From an uncultured Gemmatimonadota bacterium (lineage in GTDB: Bacteria; Gemmatimonadota; Gemmatimonadetes; Palauibacterales; Palauibacteraceae), in assembly GCA_964510615.1 (NCBI GenBank), contig CAZEBA010000010.1, forward strand, positions 15,754 through 79,753: 64,000 nucleotides of DNA. Direction: 5' to 3'. Both the position numbers and the translations under genes were made by a program. Positions within the stretch are counted from its first letter, which is position 1; each line of letters opens with the position of its first letter. Of the stretch, positions 39,892-49,411 are shown in pieces. Below the pieces are notes generated by a model. That model was not told the DNA's origin. It searched no databases and saw only the letters and a list, made by a program, of their open reading frames with translations.

Positions 39892-41180
39892 CCGGTCGTC
39901 TCCCCGGCACGAGCGGCAGGAGCCACGCTCGCCGCCGGGCCGAGCTCGATCGTCTCCGCCACCGCGCCTGGATCCAGGCGGTCGACGCCCTCGGGTACGA
40001 TGAGGAGCGCATCCGCCGTCGCCATCGAGGTCAGGATGCCCGAGCCCTGGGGGCCGGTGAGGTGGGCGGCCGGCAGGTCATCGACCGAGCCTTCCAGCCG
40101 AACGCGCAGGAAGTGGGTGAACTCGGCCGTCGAGTGGATCGGCTCGGCGACTCGAGCCGCCGATCTGGCTTCCAGTCGGGCGTGGCCGGCGAGCTTTCGA
40201 ACTCCCGGCCGGACGAACGCCTCGAACGTCACCATCGCCGAAACGGGGTTGCCGGGAAGGGCCCAGAACGGCTTGCCGGCCAGGAGGCCGAACGCGATCG
40301 GACTCCCGGGGCGGATCCTGGCACGCCAGAAAACGCGCTCGAGCCCGAGCTCCGCCAGCGCCTGCCTCACCCTGTCATGTTCGCCGACGCTCACGCCGGC
40401 TGTCGACACGATCCCGTCGCACGCCAGCCCGCGCCGGAGTCGCCTGACGATCTCGGCCTGATCGTCCCGCGCGATGCCGAGCGCAACGGGCTCCGCCCCG
40501 GCGGTACGCAACTGGGCGGCCAGGGCGTGGCTGTTCGAGTTCATGATCTTCCGGCCGGCAACGACCTCGTCGATCCCATCGAGGTCGGCGAGCTCGTCTC
40601 CGGTCGCCAGCACCGCGATCCGGGGCTGCCGTCCCACCAGGACACTCGCATGTCCGGCGAGTGCCAGCAGCCCGATCGCCGCGGGCGTGATCTCCTCTCC
40701 CTGGCGCAGGACGACGGCGCCGCCCCGAACGTCTTCGCCCCGTCGTCGAATGTTCCTCCGCGCGTCGGACGCGTCTCGGATCTCGACGAATCCGCCGCTT
40801 CCCCCGATCCCTCCGTCCGTGTGCTCGATCCGGATCACGCCCGTCGCTCCGGCAGGGACGGGTGCGCCGGTCATCACCCTGACGGCGGTGCCGGCTCGGA
40901 GCGGTCCCGCCGGGAACGAGCCGGCCGGCACGTCATCCGAGATGGGCAGGGTCACGGGATGGCCGGCCGACAGGTCCTGCAGGTCGTCGAAAAGGACGGC
41001 AAACCCGTCCATGGCGCTGTTGTCCCACGGAGGATGGTCGACCCGGCTGTGCACGTCCGCGGCGAGGGCGAGCCCGAGCGCGTCGTCGACCGGAAGCGAC
41101 CGGGAGCCCAGGAACTCGCAGCGCTCGAGCATCCGTCCGAGGGCGTCGCGGTAGGAGAGCCAGTCGGCTGCGTCGGCCAT
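39888..41180 (-). CDS. moeA: Molybdopterin molybdotransferase
   Basis: MoeA N-terminal, MoCF-binding (…VAVLATGDELADLDG…) and C-terminal domains; ATGA overlap with the downstream gene. Confidence 0.85.
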   Translation of the reverse strand: MADAADWLSYRDALGRMLERCEFLGSRSLPVDDALGLALAADVHSRVDHPPWDNSAMDGFAVLFDDLQDLSAGHPVTLPISDDVPAGSFPAGPLRAGTAVRVMTGAPVPAGATGVIRIEHTDGGIGGSGGFVEIRDASDARRNIRRRGEDVRGGAVVLRQGEEITPAAIGLLALAGHASVLVGRQPRIAVLATGDELADLDGIDEVVAGRKIMNSNSHALAAQLRTAGAEPVALGIARDDQAEIVRRLRRGLACDGIVSTAGVSVGEHDRVRQALAELGLERVFWRARIRPGSPIAFGLLAGKPFWALPGNPVSAMVTFEAFVRPGVRKLAGHARLEARSAARVAEPIHSTAEFTHFLRVRLEGSVDDLPAAHLTGPQGSGILTSMATADALLIVPEGVDRLDPGAVAETIELGPAASVAPAARAGETTG

Positions 41181-41181
41181 T

Positions 41182-42696
41182 TCAGTCGTCGTCCCGGCGA
41201 AAGAGCGCCAGCTGCTCGACCACGAGATCCTCTATCGCCCGGGCAGCCGAATCCGCGGCGTCGTAGTGATTCGCCAGGAAGGTGAAGATCAGGGTCTCAC
41301 CGTCACGGCTGTCGACGTAACCCGACAGGGCGCGCACGGCCTCCAGGGATCCGGTCTTCGCTCTCGCGTTGTTCTCGGCGGCCGTGCCGCGCATCCGCCA
41401 CTGGAGGGTCCCATCCACGCCGGCGATCGGTAGGGCGTCGAGGAAGATCTCGCGCGACGGGTGGGTCCACATCGCGGACAGGATGCGGTTGAGCGCGGCC
41501 GGCGTGAGCTGGTTGTAGCGGGAGAGGCCGGATCCATCGGCCAGGATCGCCGCCTCTGGCCGGACTCCCCAGCGGGAGAGCAGCCGGGCCTCCACCTCCA
41601 GCCCCGCCTCGGCAGACCCTTCGCCCGCGCCCTCTCGGCCCACCGTGCGGAGGATCGACTCGGCGATCTGGTTGTCGCTCGGCTTGAGGAATTCGCGCAG
41701 GATAAGTCCCAGAGAGTCGGAGCGGATCTCTCCGAGGAGCGAGCCCCGTGCCGGTGTCCTCTCATCCGGCTCGGCGCGCCTGAGCTGACCGCCGACGGTC
41801 ACGCCCGAGTCGGCCAACACGGCGCCGAAGTAGGAGAGGACGTAGAGCGTCGGATGGGCCGGCGCCAGCGAGAGCTGGAACGAGCGCCCGCGCGGCAGCC
41901 GCCCGACGATCCGCCGCTCGCTGCCCCCGGGAAGCGGCAGCACCTGGAGCTCGACCTTCGATCCGGTCGGGCCGGTTCGCACATCGACCAGGATGGGCAG
42001 AGCCGGTCCAGGCTCCATGTACCGCAGACGGACCGGCGCTCCCACCGCCGCTCCGGCCACCAGGGTCGCCGGCACGCGCCCCGGGCTGAGCTGCAGCCCG
42101 CTGACCCCGCCGGCGAAGCCGATGTGCAGCTCATCCCACATCCAGCCGCGCCCCCACGGAGCCTCCTCGAAGGCCCGATCGTCCCCGACGACGTCCCCGT
42201 CGATCTCCCGGATCCCGTGGAGCCTCAGCATGGGGATGATGCCCCGCAGCTCGTCGCGTGTCAGGCTCGGATCGCCACTGCCGATCAGCCACAGGTTGCC
42301 CTCGAGGCGTCCATCCGCCACGGGTCCGACCGCCACCACTCGGGTCGTCCAGCGGTAGGATGGTCCCAGCACCTGGAGTCCGACCACCGCCGTCGCCAGC
42401 TTCACGGTGCTGCCCGGCGTAAAGCGCTTTTCGGCCGTGCGTTCGTACAGGATCTCTCCGCTCCCGGCGGCCTGCACGATCAGGCCGACGTGCGCGCGCC
42501 GGAAGGTCGGCCGCGCCAGCAGGTCATCCAGCCGGCTGCCGAGTCGGAGAACGCTGGCCGATGCCACCGACTGCGCCGGATTGCGCTCTTCCACCGAGGT
42601 GGGCTGGGCCGCCAGGACGGAGGTGCCTCCGACGGCGATCGTCGCGGCGAAGCACGACGCACGGGCCAAACCGGAGCTCGGACCGAGCCGGGCCAT
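41182..42696 (-). CDS. dacB: D-alanyl-D-alanine carboxypeptidase/endopeptidase (PBP4, peptidase S13)
   Basis: ATG at 42696 (cat at 42694-42696). Signal peptide; SxxK GSTVKL, SDN (KPSDNQIAE), KTG (AKTGSL). The long upstream ORF extension is rejected. Confidence 0.8.
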   Translation of the reverse strand: MARLGPSSGLARASCFAATIAVGGTSVLAAQPTSVEERNPAQSVASASVLRLGSRLDDLLARPTFRRAHVGLIVQAAGSGEILYERTAEKRFTPGSTVKLATAVVGLQVLGPSYRWTTRVVAVGPVADGRLEGNLWLIGSGDPSLTRDELRGIIPMLRLHGIREIDGDVVGDDRAFEEAPWGRGWMWDELHIGFAGGVSGLQLSPGRVPATLVAGAAVGAPVRLRYMEPGPALPILVDVRTGPTGSKVELQVLPLPGGSERRIVGRLPRGRSFQLSLAPAHPTLYVLSYFGAVLADSGVTVGGQLRRAEPDERTPARGSLLGEIRSDSLGLILREFLKPSDNQIAESILRTVGREGAGEGSAEAGLEVEARLLSRWGVRPEAAILADGSGLSRYNQLTPAALNRILSAMWTHPSREIFLDALPIAGVDGTLQWRMRGTAAENNARAKTGSLEAVRALSGYVDSRDGETLIFTFLANHYDAADSAARAIEDLVVEQLALFRRDDD

Positions 42697-43382
42697 CAGT
42701 GCCCTTCCCGCACGGCGGCCCCGGCGGCCGCCAACACCGCCTCGGCGCGCTCCCGGTCCGCCCGCCGATTGACGTTGAGGAAAAGGATGGCCGGGTCTCC
42801 GTAGGTCGCGACCGACTCCAGCGGCAGGATGGAACGGGCCACGCCGGCGAGGGCCGATACCACCGTCCGCTCTCCACGCACCAGCGCCCGCTCGAACTCG
42901 CCCAGGCATTCGACGCCGTAGGCCGCGCACAGGGGCTCGAATCCCCGTGGCCCCTCGCTCGCCGGCAGGCACACGGCAGCTGGCGTGGCACCCGCCGCCA
43001 GCTCGCGCAGGAGCGCCGGGCTCAGGAACGGCATGTCGCAGGCGACGACGAGGGCAGCGCGACATCCCCGCTCGGCCGCCCAGGCCATCGCGGTGAAGAT
43101 CCCCCCCAGCACCCCGCAACCCGGTACCAGGTCGGAGCGCAGCTCGAGGCCGAGCGCCCCGTAACGCTCCCGGTCGTTCGCGACGATCACCACCTCCTCG
43201 ACAGCCTCCTTCAGCGCGCCGATGACATGGTCGACGATCCGCCGGTTCCCGAGGCGGGCCAGCGCCTTGTGGTCTCCGTAGCGGCGGTTCTCCCCTCCCG
43301 CCAGGACCACCCCGAGGACGCCGCTCTCGCCGAGCACGCCCTTCCCAAGCACGCGGCTCTCGCCGGTCGGCTCAGCGGGCAT
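42696..43382 (-). CDS. mobA: Molybdenum cofactor guanylyltransferase
   Basis: GVVLAGGENRRYG... NTP-transferase N-terminus; stop overlaps the dacB start (TGATG). Confidence 0.7.
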   Translation of the reverse strand: MPAEPTGESRVLGKGVLGESGVLGVVLAGGENRRYGDHKALARLGNRRIVDHVIGALKEAVEEVVIVANDRERYGALGLELRSDLVPGCGVLGGIFTAMAWAAERGCRAALVVACDMPFLSPALLRELAAGATPAAVCLPASEGPRGFEPLCAAYGVECLGEFERALVRGERTVVSALAGVARSILPLESVATYGDPAILFLNVNRRADRERAEAVLAAAGAAVREGH

Positions 43383-44112
43383 CGTCTCCCCCCGGCTCGT
43401 AGACGAACGGTGAGCCCCGCAGCGAGCGACCGATGAGCCAGAGGCCCGCCCGGGAGGCGACCTGGCGAGCGAGCGACGTGGGGACGGAGAGGGTGGCGAT
43501 GCCTCCGAGCCCGGCCCGCCACGCCTTGACGGCGATCTCGGCCGACACCCTTCCCGTGATCAGCGCCACGACGTCGTCCAGCGGTATCTCCGCCAGCGCC
43601 GCCGCGCCGATGAGCTTGTCCAGCAGGTTGTGCCGCCCGACATCCTCCGTCACGTGCACGACCCCGGTGTCGCAGAGCAGGGCCCCGGAGTGCACGCCTC
43701 CGCCCGCGGCACGCAGCGGGCAACCCTGAAACATCTCCTGAAAGGCGGCTCGCAGGTTGCCGGAGTCGATGAGCCGGCGTGGGTCGGGGATCGCCTTCGC
43801 CGGTACCGCCGGAATCCGGTCGGCCGCGAACCCGGCCTCGCCCGGTCCGGCGGAGAGCGAACCCGGCCCCGTGGCCGCGCCCGCCGCCTCGCCCGTGGCC
43901 GTCCGGACCCGAACGAACCCTTCACGCCGGCGGACCTCCAACAGCAGCACGTCGTGGCGATCGCGGATGCGGCCGGTCCCGATCAACCAACCGCAGGCGA
44001 GGGCATCCAGGTCGGCCGGCGTGCAGAGCCAGGTGCAGGCCCGGCGCCCGTTCAGCTCGAGCCAGACCGGTGCCTCGGCCGGCGAGGGGAGATCTGCAGT
44101 CGTCACGAGCAC
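43372..44112 (-). CDS. fdhD: Formate dehydrogenase accessory sulfurtransferase FdhD
   Basis: Signature VHVTEDVGRHNLLDKLIGAAAL (GRHN..DK). Confidence 0.8.
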   Translation of the reverse strand: MLVTTADLPSPAEAPVWLELNGRRACTWLCTPADLDALACGWLIGTGRIRDRHDVLLLEVRRREGFVRVRTATGEAAGAATGPGSLSAGPGEAGFAADRIPAVPAKAIPDPRRLIDSGNLRAAFQEMFQGCPLRAAGGGVHSGALLCDTGVVHVTEDVGRHNLLDKLIGAAALAEIPLDDVVALITGRVSAEIAVKAWRAGLGGIATLSVPTSLARQVASRAGLWLIGRSLRGSPFVYEPGGDDAR

Positions 44113-44170
44113 GGCGCGGCGGCCGCGCGCCGCCGGATGGCGGTTTCCGCCGGAGATGCCGCCGGCGGGC

Positions 44171-44883
44171 TCAGGGGTAGTACCAGAAAGTGACGCTCAG
44201 CTCGAGGTTGTTCGTCCATTCGCTCTCGCTCGGGGCGGCGCCACCGCTATCGATGATGATCTCCAGGACCTCGGGGAGGAAGAACCCCTCGGGTGCCGTG
44301 AGACGCCAGATGTGGTCCCGGGCCTCGAAGCTCAACCCCACGGAACGGGAGATCAGCCATTCGAAGCCGGCGGCGGCGAGGAAGTCCGGAGCGCTTCCCA
44401 TCTCGTAGATGAAGTCCTGCAGCTCCAACTCGTCCACCACCGAGCTGACCTCCTCGCTCAGAGCGAAGACCCCGCCGCCGCCGAACACCAGGTAGGGCTG
44501 GATTCCATGCCAGGTACGGGAACCGGTGAAGGTGAACTGGACGGCGGCCTCCGCCAGTAGCCAGCTGGAGCTGACCGTGTCCACGATCGCAGGGCCGCCG
44601 GCGGCGTACGGATTCACGATGTGTCGTTTGGAGCGCCCGTAGGTCGTGCTGATCTCGAAGCTGAGCGGGTTGCTCACGCGAATTCGGAAGCGACCAGCCC
44701 CCGTAAAGGTGGAGCCGGGGCCGAGGTCCAGGCTGCCGGTGTGAGTGAGGACGTAGCCCGGCGAGACGCCGAAGCGAAGTCCCTTCTCGATCCACCGGTA
44801 CGGCGTGTCGATCGTCGGCTGCTGCGCTGTCAGAGCCGCGGTCGTGCCGACGAGCAGCCATGGCAGGATGAAGGCGACTCGCA
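44171..44883 (-). CDS. Putative outer-membrane beta-barrel protein
   Basis: Start at internal ATG (MRVAFILPWLLVGTTAALTAQ signal peptide); alternating amphipathic strands; C-terminal ...SVTFWYYP. Coordinates +/-1. Confidence 0.5.
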
Positions 44884-45047
44884 TCCCGACGTGCGCCGGA
44901 GCGCCGCGTTGGCCTGTTTTCAACCAGGTGCCTTTCAGAATCGGCCGCCGGCCGTGGCGGCGCGAGGGTCGCACGGTCGATAGTATACGTGAAGATACGC
45001 GCGGTTCTTGCGCTTCTTATTGTCGAGACCACAGCAGGTTCCGGGAG

Positions 45048-46142
45048 ATGAATACTCCAGCGGTGCGAGCCGGGCCAGCGCGTCGGCGCACGGGATCGCT
45101 CCGTTGTCGGCCGCGTTTCCCCGGCCGGGCGGCTCCGGTCCTGATGGTTCTGGCGGGGGTGGCATCCCCCTGGGCCGGGCCGTCGCTGCACGCGCAGCCG
45201 GCGAGCGTGACGTCGACCGCCAACTTTCTCCAGACTGCGAGTGGCCGGCGTCTGGGCGTGCTCCGTCCAGGTGCCACCGTGCAGCGAACGGGGAACGTCT
45301 CCGGCAGCTGGAGCGAAGTCGTCCTGGAGGGGTGGATCTGGACGGGCTCGGTCGTGCGTACGAATCGTGACGGCTTCGACCTGTCGGTCTCGGTCGCAGG
45401 GGGAGAGAACTTCCGCGATGCCCCGAGCACCGACGGCATGGTCCAGGCCCGCCTGCTCCGCGGGTTCCTTCTCGAGCGGCTCGGGGAATCGGGTCGGTGG
45501 ACCCGTGCGCGGCGTACCGGGTGGGTGTCGACGGCGGCGCTGTCGGAGATCGTGGCCGGCGACCAGGGAGAGCGGCCGAGTCCCACAGCGGAATCCGCCG
45601 CCAAGGCCCCCGCGACCGTGGCTCCTGGAACGACCGGCGACGAGCGGCTGGTGGTCGCCGGCCGCTCGGCGCGACTCTACCTGTCGCCCGATGGGGACAC
45701 CATCGGGGTGGTGCGGCCGGGCGTCGATCTGTCGGTCGTCGCACGCGATGGGGCGTGGGCCCGGGTGCGCCTGAACGGCTGGGTTCGGGTCGCGGACCTC
45801 CTGCCCGCGGATTCGGCGGGCGGCGGGACCGCTGTCTCGGCCGAGGACCTGCGAGCCAATCCGGATGAGTTTCGCGGTCGTCAGGTTCGCTGGAGCGTCC
45901 AGTTCGTCTCGCTGGAACGAGCGGAGGCCGTGCGCACGGACTTCTACGAGGGCGAGCCGTTCATCCTTGCCCGGGCGCCGGATCCCGCGCACGGCTTCGT
46001 CTATCTCGCTGTCCCTCCCGAGCTTCTGTCGGCGGCCGAGGAGCTGAAGCCGCTCGAGATGATCGAGGTCCTGGCGCGGGTTCGAACGGGTCGTTCGGCC
46101 ATCATGGGCGCGCCGGTCCTCGATCTGCTGGCTTTCTATTAG
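45048..46142 (+). CDS. Hypothetical secreted protein with SH3b-like repeats
   Basis: ATG at 45048; signal peptide APVLMVLAGVASPWAGPSLHAQ; repeated ...W(S/A)xV...GWI/VR.. segments typical of bacterial SH3-like domains. Confidence 0.45.
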   Translation: MNTPAVRAGPARRRTGSLRCRPRFPGRAAPVLMVLAGVASPWAGPSLHAQPASVTSTANFLQTASGRRLGVLRPGATVQRTGNVSGSWSEVVLEGWIWTGSVVRTNRDGFDLSVSVAGGENFRDAPSTDGMVQARLLRGFLLERLGESGRWTRARRTGWVSTAALSEIVAGDQGERPSPTAESAAKAPATVAPGTTGDERLVVAGRSARLYLSPDGDTIGVVRPGVDLSVVARDGAWARVRLNGWVRVADLLPADSAGGGTAVSAEDLRANPDEFRGRQVRWSVQFVSLERAEAVRTDFYEGEPFILARAPDPAHGFVYLAVPPELLSAAEELKPLEMIEVLARVRTGRSAIMGAPVLDLLAFY

Positions 46143-46267
46143 GTTGCGGCTCCCCGCCGGGCCGATCGGCGAGGCCCGGTCCCCGTCTTGCGTCGGACCT
46201 TTTCTTTGCCCACTCCGGTACCACGCACGCGTCGGCCCGAACAGAGACGGAACGAACCAGGCGAACG

Positions 46268-48187
46268 ATGGCGAAGTGGCGACTGCCTGAGTTGCTCAGC
46301 AGCCTCTCCGCCCGGGTCCCCTCATCCGAGGCGGCGGCGGGCAAGGACGAGCCGGAAGTTGCGGCGGCGGAGGAGTCGAGCCGTTTCGCCGAGCGACCGG
46401 TGGACCGGTCGGTGCTCTGGCTGCCCGGTGGTTGGGGGGAGCACGACAGCTCCCGACCGTACCCCTACGAGCTCTTCGTCGAGCAGGATCTGCTCCGGGC
46501 CGTCGCGGCTCATGCGCAGGAGGAGGTCGACGGGAGCTATGGCCTTCTGACCGGCCGCCTGCTCACCTGCCGGCGTACCCGAATCCCGTTCGTCCACGTC
46601 GAGGCTGCCCATCGCTCGGAAAACCCGCTTCCGACCGACGAAGACGTCGCGAGCTTTCGGGAGTTCTTTTGGTCGGTGCGCGAGAAGGCCGGTCGGCGCG
46701 GGCGAGTGCTGGTCGGCTGGTATCATACCCACTCCCTGCTTGGCCTCCAGCTCTCCGAGCGCGACCGGCAGCTCCACGTGACCCACTTCCACGACGACTG
46801 GTGCTGCGCGCTCGTCGTGGTGACCCGCCACGGAAGAGCCGAAGGCGGCTTCTTTCAACGTGACCGCGGCGACATCCTGTTTCGCCGATCCACTCGTCCG
46901 TTCCACGAGGTCGTCAACCAGAAGGTCCGGGCAGGCGGCGGCCCGTACGTGACGACCGTCTCGTGGGAGAATTACTGGACTCACGAGCCCGTACTGTTCG
47001 CGAGAAAGCCGGGTGAGCCGGAATCCCGCGGCGGCCGGTGGTACTGGCGCCGACGCGATCCGTCCAGCCGGACGACCACGCACCTGCCGGGGCTGGGTTC
47101 CGGGACCATCGCAAGCGAGAAACTGGACGGCCTTCGCGATCAACCTGCCCCACCCGACGAGGCCACGAGCCGGAAGCCGGAGAAGCCGAGCTACCAGCCG
47201 GCGCTGGGTCGTCCGCGGCGGGCCGAGGACGACGCCGCCTTACCGGAACAGGCCAGGCACCAGGGTCCGCCGTCGGCCGACGCGTGGGCCCAGTGGGAGC
47301 AGGGACGGGAAGTCCGCCGAGCTCGCACAGAGAAGCGACTGAAGCCGGACAGGCAGCAGGCGGCCGCCGACGCGACTCAGACTGAGGCCGATGCGGATCG
47401 GCGTGCGCGGGCGAGGCTGGCCGCGCGGGCGGCGGCGGAAGCGGCAGCTCGGGCGGCGGCGGAGGCGCTGGGCATCGAGAGCGAGACCGATGCGGTCACT
47501 GCGGAGGCCGTGTCGCGGGCAGAGAGGGAGGCGGCCGCCCTGGCATCGAGGCGGCGCCCTCCGCCCGAAGTCGAGCCCGCGCACGAGGTGTCGGAAGCCG
47601 TCGAGGCGGATGTTGCGGGCACGGCTGTCTCGGCGACCGAGGTGGACACGACCCGGGCGGCCGAGGTGGCGGCGGAAGTCGAGGTGGCGGAAGTCGAGGT
47701 GGCGGAAGTCGAGGTGGCGGATGGGTCCGAGGTGGCGGACGAGTCCGAGGCACCGACCGAGGTAGAGGCAGTCCCCGAAGCCGAAGGCGTGCCAGAGAGC
47801 CAGATCGCAGCTGCCGAGTCTCCGCCGGGCGAGACGGTTCGGAGGCCGTCCGGTGACCAGGAGACTCGCGCGGCGCAGCTCGAGCTGAAGGAGCCGACGG
47901 AGCCTACGGAGGTCGCCCGCGTGCCTGCCGAGCCGGACGGCGTTGCGGAGGCCGAGGTAGCCGAAGTCGAGTCTCGCGCCGAGCCGGCTCCGGCCGGGAA
48001 GCTCGCGATTCCGGGGCGCAAAGCAGACGTTGAAGCCGCCGACAAGCGGTCACCGAGCGAAGCCGACTTCGTGATGCCGCCGATGATCATTCCTGATCCT
48101 CCTTCGCGCGTGTCGTCACGGAAGTACGCGCTTTTGATCGGAATTGCGGTGCCGATTGCCGCCCTGCTGTGGTGGCTCTTGGTTTGA
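46268..48187 (+). CDS. JAMM/MPN+ metalloprotease-domain protein with long Ala/Glu-rich repetitive region and C-terminal TM anchor
   Basis: JAMM motif EVDGSYGLLTG...VGWYHTHSLLGLQLSERD (E...HxHx7SxxD). Tandem VAEVE repeats from a 15-bp DNA repeat near 47690-47740. C-terminal YALLIGIAVPIAALLWWLLV. Confidence 0.6.
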   Translation: MAKWRLPELLSSLSARVPSSEAAAGKDEPEVAAAEESSRFAERPVDRSVLWLPGGWGEHDSSRPYPYELFVEQDLLRAVAAHAQEEVDGSYGLLTGRLLTCRRTRIPFVHVEAAHRSENPLPTDEDVASFREFFWSVREKAGRRGRVLVGWYHTHSLLGLQLSERDRQLHVTHFHDDWCCALVVVTRHGRAEGGFFQRDRGDILFRRSTRPFHEVVNQKVRAGGGPYVTTVSWENYWTHEPVLFARKPGEPESRGGRWYWRRRDPSSRTTTHLPGLGSGTIASEKLDGLRDQPAPPDEATSRKPEKPSYQPALGRPRRAEDDAALPEQARHQGPPSADAWAQWEQGREVRRARTEKRLKPDRQQAAADATQTEADADRRARARLAARAAAEAAARAAAEALGIESETDAVTAEAVSRAEREAAALASRRRPPPEVEPAHEVSEAVEADVAGTAVSATEVDTTRAAEVAAEVEVAEVEVAEVEVADGSEVADESEAPTEVEAVPEAEGVPESQIAAAESPPGETVRRPSGDQETRAAQLELKEPTEPTEVARVPAEPDGVAEAEVAEVESRAEPAPAGKLAIPGRKADVEAADKRSPSEADFVMPPMIIPDPPSRVSSRKYALLIGIAVPIAALLWWLLV

Positions 48188-48355
48188 TCCACTGAGCGGA
48201 TTCGTCGACGCCCGTCGGGGCTTTGTCCGTGTACCAACCGGCCGCGATGCGATGACCTGCTCCCCCACCTGTTGCTGGAATTCCGTTCCCGAAGGGACCC
48301 GCGAACACGGCGGTGCTTCTGTTGCCGATACTCTTCCCCCCAAAGCCAGGGCGCC

Positions 48356-49384
48356 ATGACGAATCAGATCCGGAGCGTGGATAGGAGAGGGGACGCTGCG
48401 CGACCACAGGTTTCCGTTGTGGTTCCCATGCACAACGAGGCGGCCAACATACCGATCTTCTACGAGCGGTGCTCCGGCTCGCTCGAGCAGCTGGCGGTCG
48501 ATTGGGAGATGATCTGCATCAACGATGGGAGCACGGACGGCACGGTCGAGTGCGTCCTCCGACTACGAGAATCCGATTCTCGCGTGAAGCTCGTCGATCT
48601 GACGAAAAACTTCGGCAAGGAAGTGGCGCTGGCGGCCGGCCTCGATCACGCCCTCGGCGATGCCGTGATCGAGATCGACGCAGACCTCGAGCATCCGCCC
48701 GAAGTGATCGAGGACATGTTGCGAGTCTGGGGCGACGGTGCGGAGATAGTCTTCGCCGTCCGTCGGAACCGGCGTTCCGAAACGAGGACGAAGCGTTTCC
48801 TGGCAAACAGCTTTTATCGGGTGTTTGGAAAGCTGACGAGAATGGAAAAGGCCGAGGAGCTGAGCGATTTCTGCCTCCTGGATCGGAAGGCAGTCGATGC
48901 CCTCCGCCAGGTTCGCGAGCGCAGCCGGTTTACGAAGGGTCTGGTGGCTTGGATGGGCTATCGCCGCGGACTCGTCTATTACGACCTCGGAGCGAGGCAG
49001 GCGGGAGGTTCCAATTGGAGCTACTGGCGGCTTTGGAATCACGCGATCGATGGCATCACCGCGTTTAGCAGTGCCCCCCTCAAGTCCTGGACGTACGTGG
49101 GTACCTCGATCGCCGTGCTCTGCCTGTTTTACGCGGCTTTTATTGTCATGCGTACACTCATTCTGGGGATCGCGGTACCGGGATACGCCTCGTTGATGGT
49201 GGGTGTTCTCTTCATGGGCGGGGTGCAGTTGATCAGCCTCGGCGTGCTTGGAGAGTACATGAGCCGAGTCTACAGCGAGGTCAAGCAACGGCCTCTCTAC
49301 CTGGTCCGAGAGCGTTACGGGATCGCTGTGAGCGGCGAAGAGTCCCAGGAGCGGCAGCCGGTTGCGAGCCCCCGCATCCATTGA
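48356..49384 (+). CDS. Family-2 glycosyltransferase (polyprenol-phosphate sugar transferase, GtrB/DPM1/ArnC-like) with C-terminal TM helices
   Basis: ATG at 48356. VSVVVPMHNEAANI...CINDGSTDGT...; DxD-type motif EIDADLEHPP; two C-terminal TM helices. Confidence 0.8.
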   Translation: MTNQIRSVDRRGDAARPQVSVVVPMHNEAANIPIFYERCSGSLEQLAVDWEMICINDGSTDGTVECVLRLRESDSRVKLVDLTKNFGKEVALAAGLDHALGDAVIEIDADLEHPPEVIEDMLRVWGDGAEIVFAVRRNRRSETRTKRFLANSFYRVFGKLTRMEKAEELSDFCLLDRKAVDALRQVRERSRFTKGLVAWMGYRRGLVYYDLGARQAGGSNWSYWRLWNHAIDGITAFSSAPLKSWTYVGTSIAVLCLFYAAFIVMRTLILGIAVPGYASLMVGVLFMGGVQLISLGVLGEYMSRVYSEVKQRPLYLVRERYGIAVSGEESQERQPVASPRIH

Positions 49385-49411
49385 TCCAGTAGGCAGCCCG
49401 GCAACCGCGCC

